Shown in pieces: positions 8,731 to 18,425 of a stretch of 64,000 nt of DNA. Position 1 is the first letter of the stretch. Every line of letters begins with the position of its first letter. The stretch is from NCBI GenBank assembly GCA_009784555.1, contig WRBO01000007.1, forward strand, positions 139 to 64,138, read 5' to 3'. A model generated the notes under the pieces. The model made no database searches, was not told the DNA's origin, and saw only the letters and a list, made by a program, of their open reading frames with translations. This stretch comes from Bacillota bacterium (GTDB lineage: Bacteria > Bacillota > Clostridia > Christensenellales > UBA1242). A program made the translations under genes and the position numbers.

Positions 8731-11376
8731 ATGTCAGAAGAAGTAAGCGTCATACGATACATACCGCGCAAAACTCGGGTCAAGACCGAGTTTGCGCGCG
8801 GTATCACGGGGGGCGACCTGTTCTATGTTGCTATTGTCTTTGGTATACTCTTGCTCTTCGGTATGTCAAACCTGCCTGGTAACTGGCTCATTGTAATTGG
8901 GTTGTTAATTGTCTTCGGTTTGGGCTTTATCAAGGTTGACGAGGGTGTGCGTGTCTACGGAACCACATGGAGGTACTTCCGCTTCTTGGCCTACAGCAAA
9001 AAATACGCCAAAATCATCGGCAACGGCTGGCGGGATATACATGACTTGGTTCCATACAAAGGCATAATTGATGACAAGTTCATCGACTATGACGAATACT
9101 TTGGCATCGTCGTCGAAATTGAACCAATCGAGTTCGGGCTTTTGGACGAACAAAAGCAAAACATCGTTGTTAATACTTTTGCTAATGCAATTCGTCGAAT
9201 CGGGCCAAAACAAAATGCATCCTTGATACGTTTGGAACGAGGGATGGTCTTGGACAGATACGTCGAGTACGAAATCGACAAGTACGAGGAAACCGTCAAG
9301 GCCCTGGAACGCGGCAAAATGACCGAGGCCGAACTTGATGCGCGGGAAGTCATCTTCAACGACCGCGGAATTTTGCTGGAATACATGAACGAGGAAGAAA
9401 AAATATTCCGCAGCTGCTATTTCTTGGTCATCTACGACACCGATAAAAACATCTTGGGAAATATAGCCCAAGCGGTTTGCAACACATTGGGAGGCAGCAG
9501 TGTCAGTGTAGAGGCAAAGATTGTCACGGGCCGCGAACTCTATATCTTCTTGCGTGCAAACTATAACAAAGACTTTGACGAACGTGTCACAAAAGACATG
9601 CCTGACGACAAACTGTATAACTGGGTCATCCCGAACAAAGTTCAATTTGATATGACCAAGGCCCGTGTTAACGGCTTGCCACGCGCGACATTTACTGTGA
9701 CCGACTATCCGTTGGACGTGGCGAACGCGTGGGGCTATGGAATTTTCAATATGCCTGGCACGCGTACCGTCATGAATTTCCACCAAGTCGCCAAGGAAGA
9801 CTCTATCAAAATCATTGACAAGGCAATCTTGGAATTGAAAACAACAATGCAAGACAGCCACAAGTCCAGTTTCCACATAGAGCGCAGTACACAACTTGAA
9901 ACCGTGTCCAGTCTGCTGGTTCAATTAAAAAATAACAACGAACAAATGATGGACGTGAACATCCACTTCACACCCGACCAAGACATGGAAAAAGAGGTCA
10001 AAGCAAAACTCTCGGAAGAGGGCTTCAAATCAACCAAACTTATCGGCCGTCAAATCGATGGCTTCATCAGTACCAATATAAGTCGCCTCGAAACCTTTGA
10101 TGAATACCGCCGCGGTATCCCAACAACGACCCTGGCCGCATCATTCCCTTTCATCAGCGACATGTTACAAGACGAGCGAGGAATATGTATAGGAAGCAAC
10201 AGCAACCCTGTTTTCATCGACTTCTTCAAACGGAACAACGCACGTGTTAACAGTAACATGATGATAATCGGAAAATCTGGTTCTGGAAAATCCTTTGCAA
10301 CAAAGGTCATCTTGGCTCACCTGGCCGCCGATAACACCAAAATTTTCATTCTTGACCCGGAAAAAGAATACGTAAAAATCGGTCAAATGCTACACGGGAA
10401 CAGTATCGACGTCGGTAACGCGGGAAAGGGCCGTTTCAACCCATTCCATATTTACCCGGCCATGATGGACGAGGACGAGAACGGCTCGGAATTCGATGAC
10501 ACCTATGAATCGCACCTCCGATTCTTGGAATCTTTCTTCCGTATAGTTATGGAAGGTATCGCCGTCGACGCGCTCGAGGTTCTGAACGGTCTTGTTGCAC
10601 AACTTTACCGTATGAAAGGAATTAACAAAGACACCGACTTCACAAAACTTCAACCTGAAAACTTCCCAATATTCCAAGAATTGTTTGTCCTAGCGAAACA
10701 GGCCCTAGCCGCCGCCAGTGACGACTTCCTGAAAATTAACTTGCGGCGTATCGTCACATATCTGGAAAAGTTCGCCGAGGGTGGGCGATTCTCTGGCCTT
10801 TGGAACGGCCCCGCATCCATCAGTGCGGATGAAAACTTCTTCGTCTTTGACTTCCTCACATTACTCTCAAACCGTAACGCGATTGTTGCAAACGCCCAAA
10901 TGCTCTTGACCTTCAAATTCTTGGATGGGGAAATCATCAAAAACCGTGAATATAACCGAATTTATAACACCAAGCGCAAGATAATCATCGCGGTTGACGA
11001 GGCCCACGTCTTCATCGACGAACAACGTCCAATCGCCCTGGACTTCATGTTCAACATGGCGAAACGTATCCGAAAATACGACGGTATGCAAATAATCATC
11101 ACACAAAACGTCAAGGACTTTGTCGGGTCGCCGATTATCGCGAAAAAATCCGCCGCGATTATAAACGCCAGCCAATACAGTATGATTTTCTCCCTTGCGC
11201 CGAACGACATGACCGACCTTGTGACCCTTTACAAAAACGCTGGTGGTATCAACAAGACCGAGCAAGAGCAAATCGTGTCCAACGCTCGCGGTCAATGTTT
11301 CTTTATTACAAGTCCAGTCAACAGAACCCTAGTAAGTATAGAGGCCAGCGACGACCTGCGCAAAATGTTTGAATAA
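8731..11376 (+). CDS. VirB4/TraC/PrgJ-family T4SS ATPase with an N-terminal PrgI/VirB3-like 2-TM domain
   Basis: N-terminus IPRKTRVKTEFARGITGGDLFYVAIVFGILLLFG..LIVIGLLIVFGLGF (PrgI-like). Walker A IGKSGSGKSFATK. Walker B KIIIAVDEAHVFID. The size (881 aa) is typical of Gram-positive VirB4 proteins. Confidence 0.85.
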   Translation: MSEEVSVIRYIPRKTRVKTEFARGITGGDLFYVAIVFGILLLFGMSNLPGNWLIVIGLLIVFGLGFIKVDEGVRVYGTTWRYFRFLAYSKKYAKIIGNGWRDIHDLVPYKGIIDDKFIDYDEYFGIVVEIEPIEFGLLDEQKQNIVVNTFANAIRRIGPKQNASLIRLERGMVLDRYVEYEIDKYEETVKALERGKMTEAELDAREVIFNDRGILLEYMNEEEKIFRSCYFLVIYDTDKNILGNIAQAVCNTLGGSSVSVEAKIVTGRELYIFLRANYNKDFDERVTKDMPDDKLYNWVIPNKVQFDMTKARVNGLPRATFTVTDYPLDVANAWGYGIFNMPGTRTVMNFHQVAKEDSIKIIDKAILELKTTMQDSHKSSFHIERSTQLETVSSLLVQLKNNNEQMMDVNIHFTPDQDMEKEVKAKLSEEGFKSTKLIGRQIDGFISTNISRLETFDEYRRGIPTTTLAASFPFISDMLQDERGICIGSNSNPVFIDFFKRNNARVNSNMMIIGKSGSGKSFATKVILAHLAADNTKIFILDPEKEYVKIGQMLHGNSIDVGNAGKGRFNPFHIYPAMMDEDENGSEFDDTYESHLRFLESFFRIVMEGIAVDALEVLNGLVAQLYRMKGINKDTDFTKLQPENFPIFQELFVLAKQALAAASDDFLKINLRRIVTYLEKFAEGGRFSGLWNGPASISADENFFVFDFLTLLSNRNAIVANAQMLLTFKFLDGEIIKNREYNRIYNTKRKIIIAVDEAHVFIDEQRPIALDFMFNMAKRIRKYDGMQIIITQNVKDFVGSPIIAKKSAAIINASQYSMIFSLAPNDMTDLVTLYKNAGGINKTEQEQIVSNARGQCFFITSPVNRTLVSIEASDDLRKMFE

Positions 11377-11393
11377 CAAGGGGGAGACACGCC

Positions 11394-11792
11394 ATGATGA
11401 AATTTAACGCACTAATCCCAGAATTAAGTGTCACCGATTTCAAAAAGAGCCTACATTTTTACCTGGACATCGGATTTCGTATCCGATACGAACGCCCCGA
11501 ACGTGACTTCGCCTTCATCCAACTCGAAGGCAATCAAATAATGCTCGAAAAATATAACGGTAATTGGGAAACTGCAAAACCCGAATATCCTTTTGGCCGT
11601 GGCATGAACATAAGTATGTCCGTAAAATCCGTCGGCGCCATACACAAACGCGCCGCGGATTGTGGCTATCCCATATTCCGCGGCATCGAGGACTATGAAT
11701 ACCGAATGGACAACAAAATGCTCTACGGCAAAGAATTCCTAATCCTCGACCCCGACGGCTGGCTCCTACGCTTCACCGAAAGCTACGAATAA
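11394..11792 (+). CDS. VOC superfamily protein (glyoxalase/bleomycin-resistance-like)
   Basis: 132 aa with LSVTDFKKSLHFY..LGF near the N-terminus and LILDPDGWLLRF at the C-terminus, both typical of the VOC fold. Confidence 0.65.
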   Translation: MMKFNALIPELSVTDFKKSLHFYLDIGFRIRYERPERDFAFIQLEGNQIMLEKYNGNWETAKPEYPFGRGMNISMSVKSVGAIHKRAADCGYPIFRGIEDYEYRMDNKMLYGKEFLILDPDGWLLRFTESYE

Positions 11793-11802
11793 CAACAAAA
11801 AT

Positions 11803-11825
11803 AAAAAGCCCATTGGGGCTTTTTA
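11803..11825. terminator. Bidirectional terminator between convergent genes
   Basis: AAAAAGCCCC-ATTG-GGGCTTTTT. Confidence 0.8.
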
Positions 11826-11840
11826 ACTCTAAATAATACT

Positions 11841-12473
11841 TTACTGTCCAGCGGCTTCCATCTGGGCCTTGACCTTCATGACACGAACCAACTGTCCACG
11901 CTCGTTCTCGGCCAGCTTCAATCGAATAAAACGAATATTAACCTCAATCTGCGGCATCAAAATAAATTCCAACGCGTTAATTCGACGGCGAATCTTCATA
12001 ATTTCCAAAGCCAACATGTCACATGCCTTTTCAATCTCGGCCAACTGAAACAATTTTTTCATCAACTTGGTTAACGAACTAATGGATGCATCAAATGCGG
12101 CCGAGGTCTTCAAAATACTGTGACCCTCGGAATTTTGCTCTTCATCCAACTCTATTTTAGGAACGCGCAAGCCCATAATATTGTTAACGGATGGTGTGAC
12201 GGCAATTTTTGCGGTGGATGTGGATACGGCGGCCTCGATTTCTTGACTGGTCATCTGTGTTCTTGCCGTAATAAACATACGCAACGCGGCAACGATTTTA
12301 TCATCCAACTCCTCACGCAAGGCCTTGTTCTGGCGCGCAATCATCATGAAATGACGAATCATCTCATCCGATTTGTCCTTTAACAATTTGTGCCCGCGCT
12401 TGGCGGTTCGCATACGGCTTTTCTGCCGTTGCAACTCCATCCGCGTTGGGTTAATGTTTTGTACTGTCGCCAT
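11841..12473 (-). CDS. ntpD: V-type ATPase subunit D
   Basis: N-terminal NPTRMELQRQKSRMRTAKRGHKLLKDK motif; last gene of the operon. Confidence 0.93.
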   Translation of the reverse strand: MATVQNINPTRMELQRQKSRMRTAKRGHKLLKDKSDEMIRHFMMIARQNKALREELDDKIVAALRMFITARTQMTSQEIEAAVSTSTAKIAVTPSVNNIMGLRVPKIELDEEQNSEGHSILKTSAAFDASISSLTKLMKKLFQLAEIEKACDMLALEIMKIRRRINALEFILMPQIEVNIRFIRLKLAENERGQLVRVMKVKAQMEAAGQ

Positions 12474-12492
12474 CGCTTGCTCCTATATAAAT

Positions 12493-13869
12493 TTACGCTT
12501 TTTCTGGTGCATAGAACTGTTTGATGTGTGCTGGCTTAACACGACGCAATTCTTCCTTCGGAAGGATACGCAACAACTCCCAACCAACGTCCAATGTCTC
12601 GATAATGGTTCTGTTCGTGTAAAAGCCTTGGTTGATGAACTTGTTTTCAAACTCATCCGCAAATTTCGCATACAACTTGTCAACAGGCGACAACGCGCTC
12701 TCACCCAAAATCTGCGCCAGTTCCTTTGCATCCTTACCGCTCGCATAACACGCAAAGAGCTGGTTCAACACGCCGCTGTGGTCATCACGGGTCTTGCCCT
12801 CACCAATACCTTTGTCCTTCAAACGTGACAGAGACGGCAACACGTCAACTGGCGGTGTAAAACCCTTCTTGTTCAATTCACGCGAGAGAACAATCTGCCC
12901 CTCGGTAATATATCCGGTCAAGTCGGGAACAGGGTGCGTCTTGTCATCCTCTGGCATGGTCAAGATAGGAATTTGTGTAATCGTACCTTTCTTGCCCTTG
13001 ATACATCCCGCACGCTCGTACAGGGTAGCCAAGTCAGTATAAAGGTATCCCGGATATCCACGACGGCCTGGAACCTCTTTACGTGCGGCGGAAACCTCAC
13101 GCAGTGCCTCGGAATACAGGGTAATGTCGGTCATAATAACCAAAACATGCATGTCTAACTCGAACGCCAAATACTCGGCGGCCGACAAAGCCATACGCGG
13201 GGTAGCAATACGTTCAAGAGTTGGGTCAGATGCAAGGTTAATAAAAACAACAGAGTGGGCAAGTGCCCCAGTCTTTTCAAACTCACGAATGAAAAACTCG
13301 GCCTCGTCGTTTGTGATACCCATCGCGGCAAACACAACGGCGAACTTCTCACCATCACCAACGCTGGCTTGACGTGCAATCTGCGTTGCCAAATGCGCAT
13401 GCGGCAAACCCGACATACTGAAAATCGGCAACTTCTGTCCACGGACAAGGGTATTCAAACCATCAATCGTGGAAACGCCCGTTTGGATGAATTGCTTTGG
13501 GTAATCGCGCGCGGTTGGGTTAATCGGCGTACCGTTAATGTCTAAACGCTTTACTGGGATAATTGGCGCGCCGCCATCACGCGGACGGCCCATTCCATCA
13601 AAGAAACGACCAACCATATCTGGCGAAACACCCAATTCCAACCCACGGCCCAAAAACTTTGCCTTACTGCTGCTTATTTTCAACCCCTGCGCCGACGCAA
13701 AGAGCTGAACCAGGGCGGTATCGTCCTTGACCTCCAACACCTTTCCGTGCCGCAACTCGCCGGATTGTTGCTCGATTTCCACGAACTCGTTATATGTGAC
13801 CCCTTGGACACCCTCAACAAGCATAAGTGGCCCGACCACACTCTTAATCGTTTTATAGGATTTTTGCAT
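12493..13869 (-). CDS. ntpB: V-type ATPase subunit B
   Basis: 458 aa, conserved throughout ([22 protein letters not shown]). Confidence 0.96.
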   Translation of the reverse strand: MQKSYKTIKSVVGPLMLVEGVQGVTYNEFVEIEQQSGELRHGKVLEVKDDTALVQLFASAQGLKISSSKAKFLGRGLELGVSPDMVGRFFDGMGRPRDGGAPIIPVKRLDINGTPINPTARDYPKQFIQTGVSTIDGLNTLVRGQKLPIFSMSGLPHAHLATQIARQASVGDGEKFAVVFAAMGITNDEAEFFIREFEKTGALAHSVVFINLASDPTLERIATPRMALSAAEYLAFELDMHVLVIMTDITLYSEALREVSAARKEVPGRRGYPGYLYTDLATLYERAGCIKGKKGTITQIPILTMPEDDKTHPVPDLTGYITEGQIVLSRELNKKGFTPPVDVLPSLSRLKDKGIGEGKTRDDHSGVLNQLFACYASGKDAKELAQILGESALSPVDKLYAKFADEFENKFINQGFYTNRTIIETLDVGWELLRILPKEELRRVKPAHIKQFYAPEKA

Positions 13870-13935
13870 TCTTCCTTACCTCCATAAAATTTTCTTTCTA
13901 GACCCAGCCAATTGCGGTCCAGGGCTCGGCCCTGG

Positions 13936-15756
13936 TTACAGCGCAAGTTTTTTGTTCAACTGTGACTCCAATTCTTCGATAATTCTCATGACCTCGGACT
14001 CTTCCGTGTTTGGGAACAATGCCATCTGGTCTTTGATTTTCTTAAACTGTGTGCTTGCGAATGACGCGCCGTTCATGATTTGCGCACGCGCCAAACGGTC
14101 GTAATCCAAGATAAGTTTCAATATACGCAACTGCTTTTTCATACTTGCGTAACTGTCAATGTCGCTGAACGCGTTTTGGTAAAGGAAATCCTCGCGCAGG
14201 TGCTTTGCGGTTTCCATCGTCAAACGGTCTGCATCTGAAAGGGAATCAACCCCGACCAAACGCACAATCTCTTCCAAGTTCGCATTTTCCTGCATAATTC
14301 GGATTGCGGTCGCACGCATGTCCAGGAAATCTGGCGAAATATTCTCCTCATACCATTTCCCCAGGTTATCGGCATAAAGGGAATAACTAATCAGCCAGTC
14401 AATAGCAGGGAAGTGACGTTTGTAGGCCAACGCGGCCGACAGACCCCAGAACACCTTAACAATACGCAACGTCCCCTGGGAAACTGGTTCACTCATATCA
14501 CCACCAGGAGGCGAAACCGCACCAATCGCGGTAACCGACCCTGTACGTGTCTCATCCGAACCCAATATTTTAACCATACCCGCACGCTCATAAAACTCGG
14601 CCAAACGACTGGCAAGGTACGCTGGGTAACCTTCCTCACCTGGCAATTCTTCCAAACGTCCGCTCATCTCACGCAATGCCTCGGCCCAACGTGATGTACT
14701 GTCCGCCATAACCGCAACGTTGTAACCCATGTCACGGAAATACTCGGCGATTGTGATACCCGTATATACGGATGCCTCACGTGCCGCAACAGGCATGTCG
14801 GATGTGTTTGCAATCAAAATTGTACGCTTCATCAATGGCATACCGTTACGAATGTCCAACAGGTGCGGAAACTCGTTCAACACGTCGGTCATCTCGTTCC
14901 CACGCTCGCCGCAACCGATATAAACAACAATTTCGGCGTCTGACCATTTTGCAATTTGGTGTTGAACAACGGTCTTACCCGAACCAAACGGCCCTGGAAT
15001 AGCCGCAACACCACCCTTGGCAATCGGGAAGAACGTGTCAATAACACGTTGCCCGGTCAACAATGGTTGGCTTGGCGACATCTTTGCAATATATGGACGA
15101 CCGTTACGCACTGGCCATTTTTGCAACATCTTAACTGGGGTCTTGCCAATCTCGGCAACTATATCTTCAACGGTAAAGTTACCGCTTTGAATCTTTGTAA
15201 TCTTACCCGAAACACCAAAAGGCACCAAAATACGGTGTTCGACAATTTCGTTTTCTTGGACAACACCAATCACATCGCCGGCAACAACTTCGTCACCAAC
15301 CTTACGGGTTGCCTTGAACTCCCATTTTTTCTCACGGTCAATGGCGGGAATATCCACCCCCCGTGAAATACGGTCACCGGTCAACGATTGGATAATGTCC
15401 AATGGACGTCCGATACCGTCATAAATTCCACCCATCATTCCGGGCCCCAGCTCAACCGACAACGGCATCCCGGTTGTAACGACCTCGTCACCAACACCGA
15501 TACCGCCTGTCTCTTCATAAACCTGGATACTTGCACGGTCACCACGCAACTCCAAAATCTCTCCAATCAAACCCTCTTTCGATACCCGAACAACGTCATA
15601 GAGCTTAACATTCGGCATACCCTCGGCCACAATCAACGGGCCCGAAACTTTGACAATACGACCTGTATCGCCTGTGTGCGTCTGCACCTTGTTGGACTTT
15701 GTGCCCTCTGGGTTGGCCAATACGACCGGCTTTTTTGTTTCTTTGTTTTCTGCCAT
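13936..15756 (-). CDS. ntpA: V-type ATPase catalytic subunit A
   Basis: Walker [10 protein letters not shown] and the non-homologous insert region typical of A subunits; 606 aa. Confidence 0.96.
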   Translation of the reverse strand: MAENKETKKPVVLANPEGTKSNKVQTHTGDTGRIVKVSGPLIVAEGMPNVKLYDVVRVSKEGLIGEILELRGDRASIQVYEETGGIGVGDEVVTTGMPLSVELGPGMMGGIYDGIGRPLDIIQSLTGDRISRGVDIPAIDREKKWEFKATRKVGDEVVAGDVIGVVQENEIVEHRILVPFGVSGKITKIQSGNFTVEDIVAEIGKTPVKMLQKWPVRNGRPYIAKMSPSQPLLTGQRVIDTFFPIAKGGVAAIPGPFGSGKTVVQHQIAKWSDAEIVVYIGCGERGNEMTDVLNEFPHLLDIRNGMPLMKRTILIANTSDMPVAAREASVYTGITIAEYFRDMGYNVAVMADSTSRWAEALREMSGRLEELPGEEGYPAYLASRLAEFYERAGMVKILGSDETRTGSVTAIGAVSPPGGDMSEPVSQGTLRIVKVFWGLSAALAYKRHFPAIDWLISYSLYADNLGKWYEENISPDFLDMRATAIRIMQENANLEEIVRLVGVDSLSDADRLTMETAKHLREDFLYQNAFSDIDSYASMKKQLRILKLILDYDRLARAQIMNGASFASTQFKKIKDQMALFPNTEESEVMRIIEELESQLNKKLAL

Positions 15757-15771
15757 TTGTGCTTCCTCCTA

Positions 15772-16155
15772 TTATTTCAATGCGGCACTGCTACCTATCG
15801 CGCGCTCCATGTTTTTGATGATTTTCTGGATACTGTACCCGCCTTCTCCCTGGCCGTCTGGAATAGACAACACAATGGGATAGGGCCGTGAATCAAATTG
15901 GGCCAAGAACTCGGTAACTAACATCGCTTCCTTTTCGGTAACGAATATCATTCCGTATCCTGCACGGTCCAATTTGGTAATTGTTTTTTTAATTTCCTCG
16001 GCATCTGTTGCGTTAAACACATCAATCCCCAATGCACGAAAGGCAAGGACGGAATCCTTGTCACCCACGGCCGCGAAACGCATTTCTGTTGGGATTGCGT
16101 TGCTTGGCTTGTCATTCGCAAAGATAATTTCTTCGGTCGTCAATTCTGCACTCAT
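15772..16155 (-). CDS. ntpG: V-type ATPase subunit F (E. hirae NtpG equivalent)
   Basis: MRFAAVGDKDSVLAFRALGIDVF core. I prefer the ATG at 16155, which has an AGGGAGGGG SD 7 nt upstream, over the track start at 16263, which overlaps ntpC. Confidence 0.85.
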   Translation of the reverse strand: MSAELTTEEIIFANDKPSNAIPTEMRFAAVGDKDSVLAFRALGIDVFNATDAEEIKKTITKLDRAGYGMIFVTEKEAMLVTEFLAQFDSRPYPIVLSIPDGQGEGGYSIQKIIKNMERAIGSSAALK

Positions 16156-16213
16156 AAGAACCCCTCCCTTTGGTCGGGAACCTTGGACACTAATGTTTTT
16201 TTGTATACCATGG

Positions 16214-17218
16214 TCATAATACACCTCGCAATTCTTCGCGCAACTCATCCTTGGTTCGGCCAAACTTCTTGCCCATCAGGATGATTTTAACAATACGCAA
16301 CTCTTCCATCTTTTTGATAAACCATGCAAAGGTCATATTCAGCTTGAAACTGTCATCCGCATCAACCCGACCCATCTCAACCAAAAAAGCCCCCGCCAAG
16401 TTCTCAAAACGTGTCAAATCGGCATCATACAAACCATCACACAGGGCATCAATCAACTTGTCATAACCCAAACCCGCCAAGGCGGTGCGCAGGTAATTCG
16501 GGTCACGTTCAAAGATTGCCATCAATGCAACCTCCGACGCACGTCCGCCCTCAATAAACAATCCGTCTGGACGTCCGCCTTGCATCTTCACCTTTGCAAA
16601 TGTACGCATGTTCTGAATATCCAACGACGCAACAAAATAATTCGTAATCGCGCGGTTACGCATACGGCGCAATCGTGCAAACAAATCGGTAAACAGGGCA
16701 CGGTTAATCTCAACCTCAACCACTTGCGGGGTCGCGGCCTCCATCTTGTCCAATGCGGCCAAGGCAACCTGCAACGGCTCGGGCAGGGAATTGTACGAAC
16801 GCTTTGAAATCAATGAACGCAACAACTCCACACTAATACCCTCGAAATCCATCGGGTACAATGACTCGGCCAACGTCGCCTCACGGTCTTTGCTGCGGCC
16901 GTTTGCATTCTCAACTACTTGGTTATTGTATAACGCGGCGGCATTGTGGTAAAAAAACCGTGCCATAACGCAATACACCAATTCATCATTCTTGCACAAT
17001 TGCCGAAACTCTGACAATGTCCTCTCCAATTCGGAAAAGATAATTTTGTCGGTCGCCCACGGGGTCTCGGTCAAGATTTGTTCGTTGTAACCACATTCAA
17101 ACAAAATCTTTGCGGCATCCGCAACCGTATTTGCCGCAATCATGCGACGAATACGGTCGGGGTTCAGCATTCGGCCAGAGCGAACACTGATAATCGCGTT
17201 TGAATAAAGAATGCTCAC
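16214..17218 (-). CDS. ntpC: V-type ATPase subunit C (d-like)
   Basis: 334 aa; assigned from position and length within the operon. Confidence 0.85.
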   Translation of the reverse strand: MSILYSNAIISVRSGRMLNPDRIRRMIAANTVADAAKILFECGYNEQILTETPWATDKIIFSELERTLSEFRQLCKNDELVYCVMARFFYHNAAALYNNQVVENANGRSKDREATLAESLYPMDFEGISVELLRSLISKRSYNSLPEPLQVALAALDKMEAATPQVVEVEINRALFTDLFARLRRMRNRAITNYFVASLDIQNMRTFAKVKMQGGRPDGLFIEGGRASEVALMAIFERDPNYLRTALAGLGYDKLIDALCDGLYDADLTRFENLAGAFLVEMGRVDADDSFKLNMTFAWFIKKMEELRIVKIILMGKKFGRTKDELREELRGVL

Positions 17219-17231
17219 TCCAACCTCCTAC

Positions 17232-17792
17232 TTAAAATAGTATTTTCGAGATTTCCAACTCGATTTCGGTACGCAGTTCGACAAGAAGCTCATCCAACGT
17301 CAACGACAGGTCGTATGTTGCATTCTGCAAAATAACCCCGCCCTCGAAATCCGATGATACCTTTGTCTTCAAATTTTTCACGGGCAAACCCGCGATAAAT
17401 GTCGACGAGATGTTTTTCTCGTCTGCTTTTGAAATGACAACCGTGTCGCCCGAACGTCCATGCTTCTTCACCAAATTCGTTACCAACAACTGGGCGTCTT
17501 TTGCATTCATGCCCAACAACTGTTTACGAACATCGGCGAAAATGTCATCAATAACGGCTTGCTTGTTTGAAATACGCGCACGCATGGTCTGCGTCTTCGC
17601 AACAATTTCCGCTTGGCGTTCTTCATCACGCACCTTACGGCGCGCCCGCTCCATTGCGGATTCGGTTTCACGAACGATATCTGCCTCGGTACGGCGAACA
17701 CGCTCGGCCGCCGCCTTTTTTGCATCGGCCGTAATAACCGCCGCCTCGGCGTTGGCGTCATTCAAAATCTTTTCAACAATATAGTTTTCCAT
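17232..17792 (-). CDS. ntpE: V-type ATPase subunit E
   Basis: 186 aa with an Ala/Glu/Arg-rich N-terminal helix and a globular C-terminus. Confidence 0.85.
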   Translation of the reverse strand: MENYIVEKILNDANAEAAVITADAKKAAAERVRRTEADIVRETESAMERARRKVRDEERQAEIVAKTQTMRARISNKQAVIDDIFADVRKQLLGMNAKDAQLLVTNLVKKHGRSGDTVVISKADEKNISSTFIAGLPVKNLKTKVSSDFEGGVILQNATYDLSLTLDELLVELRTEIELEISKILF

Positions 17793-17821
17793 AGAAAACT
17801 CCTTTCACATGTGATATGAGG

Positions 17822-18361
17822 TTAGTAAGCAGCGGCAGCTGTCTCGGCAATGGTCGTGATTGTCTCAACGCTGAAAACGCTCAAGATAGAAACGATAAGC
17901 GCGAACAGAACGAACAACTCGATGAACACGGCCATAACCAACGCACGACCCGAAAGACTGTCATCCTTTCCAACCATTTGAACACCGGCCACACAAACCT
18001 TTGCTTGCATCAATGTTCCAAAGAAACCAACCAAGGCAATTGGCAATGCCGCCGCCAAGATTGTCAAACCACTGATTGCATCGTAACCATATTCACCTTC
18101 ACCCAACATGACCGCGTTCCCCATAATAAGGAAAGCAACAACGAAACCATAAAGGGTAGCCGACGAAGGGATAAGTTGCAAAATCATTGTCTTACCAAAC
18201 TTCTCTGGCTGTTCGGTGATAACACCTGCGGCACTACGCTGAACCCAGCTCATACCAATCGACGACGCGATACCTGGCAACGCAATCGCCAATGCCGCCC
18301 CCAACATAGCAAACACGTTACCCATTTGCCATGCCATTCCTACTACTTCTTCTCCGTACAT
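17822..18361 (-). CDS. ntpK: V-type ATPase proteolipid subunit K (duplicated 4-TM c subunit)
   Basis: 179 aa with four hydrophobic helices. The only membrane carboxylate is in helix 4 (AVFIELFVLFALIV). Confidence 0.9.
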   Translation of the reverse strand: MYGEEVVGMAWQMGNVFAMLGAALAIALPGIASSIGMSWVQRSAAGVITEQPEKFGKTMILQLIPSSATLYGFVVAFLIMGNAVMLGEGEYGYDAISGLTILAAALPIALVGFFGTLMQAKVCVAGVQMVGKDDSLSGRALVMAVFIELFVLFALIVSILSVFSVETITTIAETAAAAY

Positions 18362-18425
18362 TTTTTAATTCCTCCTTGTTTTATTGTATATAGAAACTGC
18401 GTACCTGCGCAGGACTTTCCGTGAG

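Noticed and set aside
8905-9924. 339-aa minus-strand ORF inside the virB4-like gene
   Set aside because: It is an antisense shadow ORF with no motif. The plus frame carries Walker A/B and PrgI-like features.
13870-13935. 66-bp spacer with a CCAGGGC-TCG-GCCCTGG hairpin between ntpA and ntpB
   Set aside because: It is probably just an intra-operon stabilising stem-loop. There is no T-run, and it gives no evidence of regulation.
15772-16263. Long N-terminal extension of the V-ATPase F-subunit ORF (163 aa)
   Set aside because: The extension overlaps ntpC by 50 nt and has no SD. An internal ATG at 16155 has a strong AGGGAGGGG SD and gives a size closer to that of F subunits.
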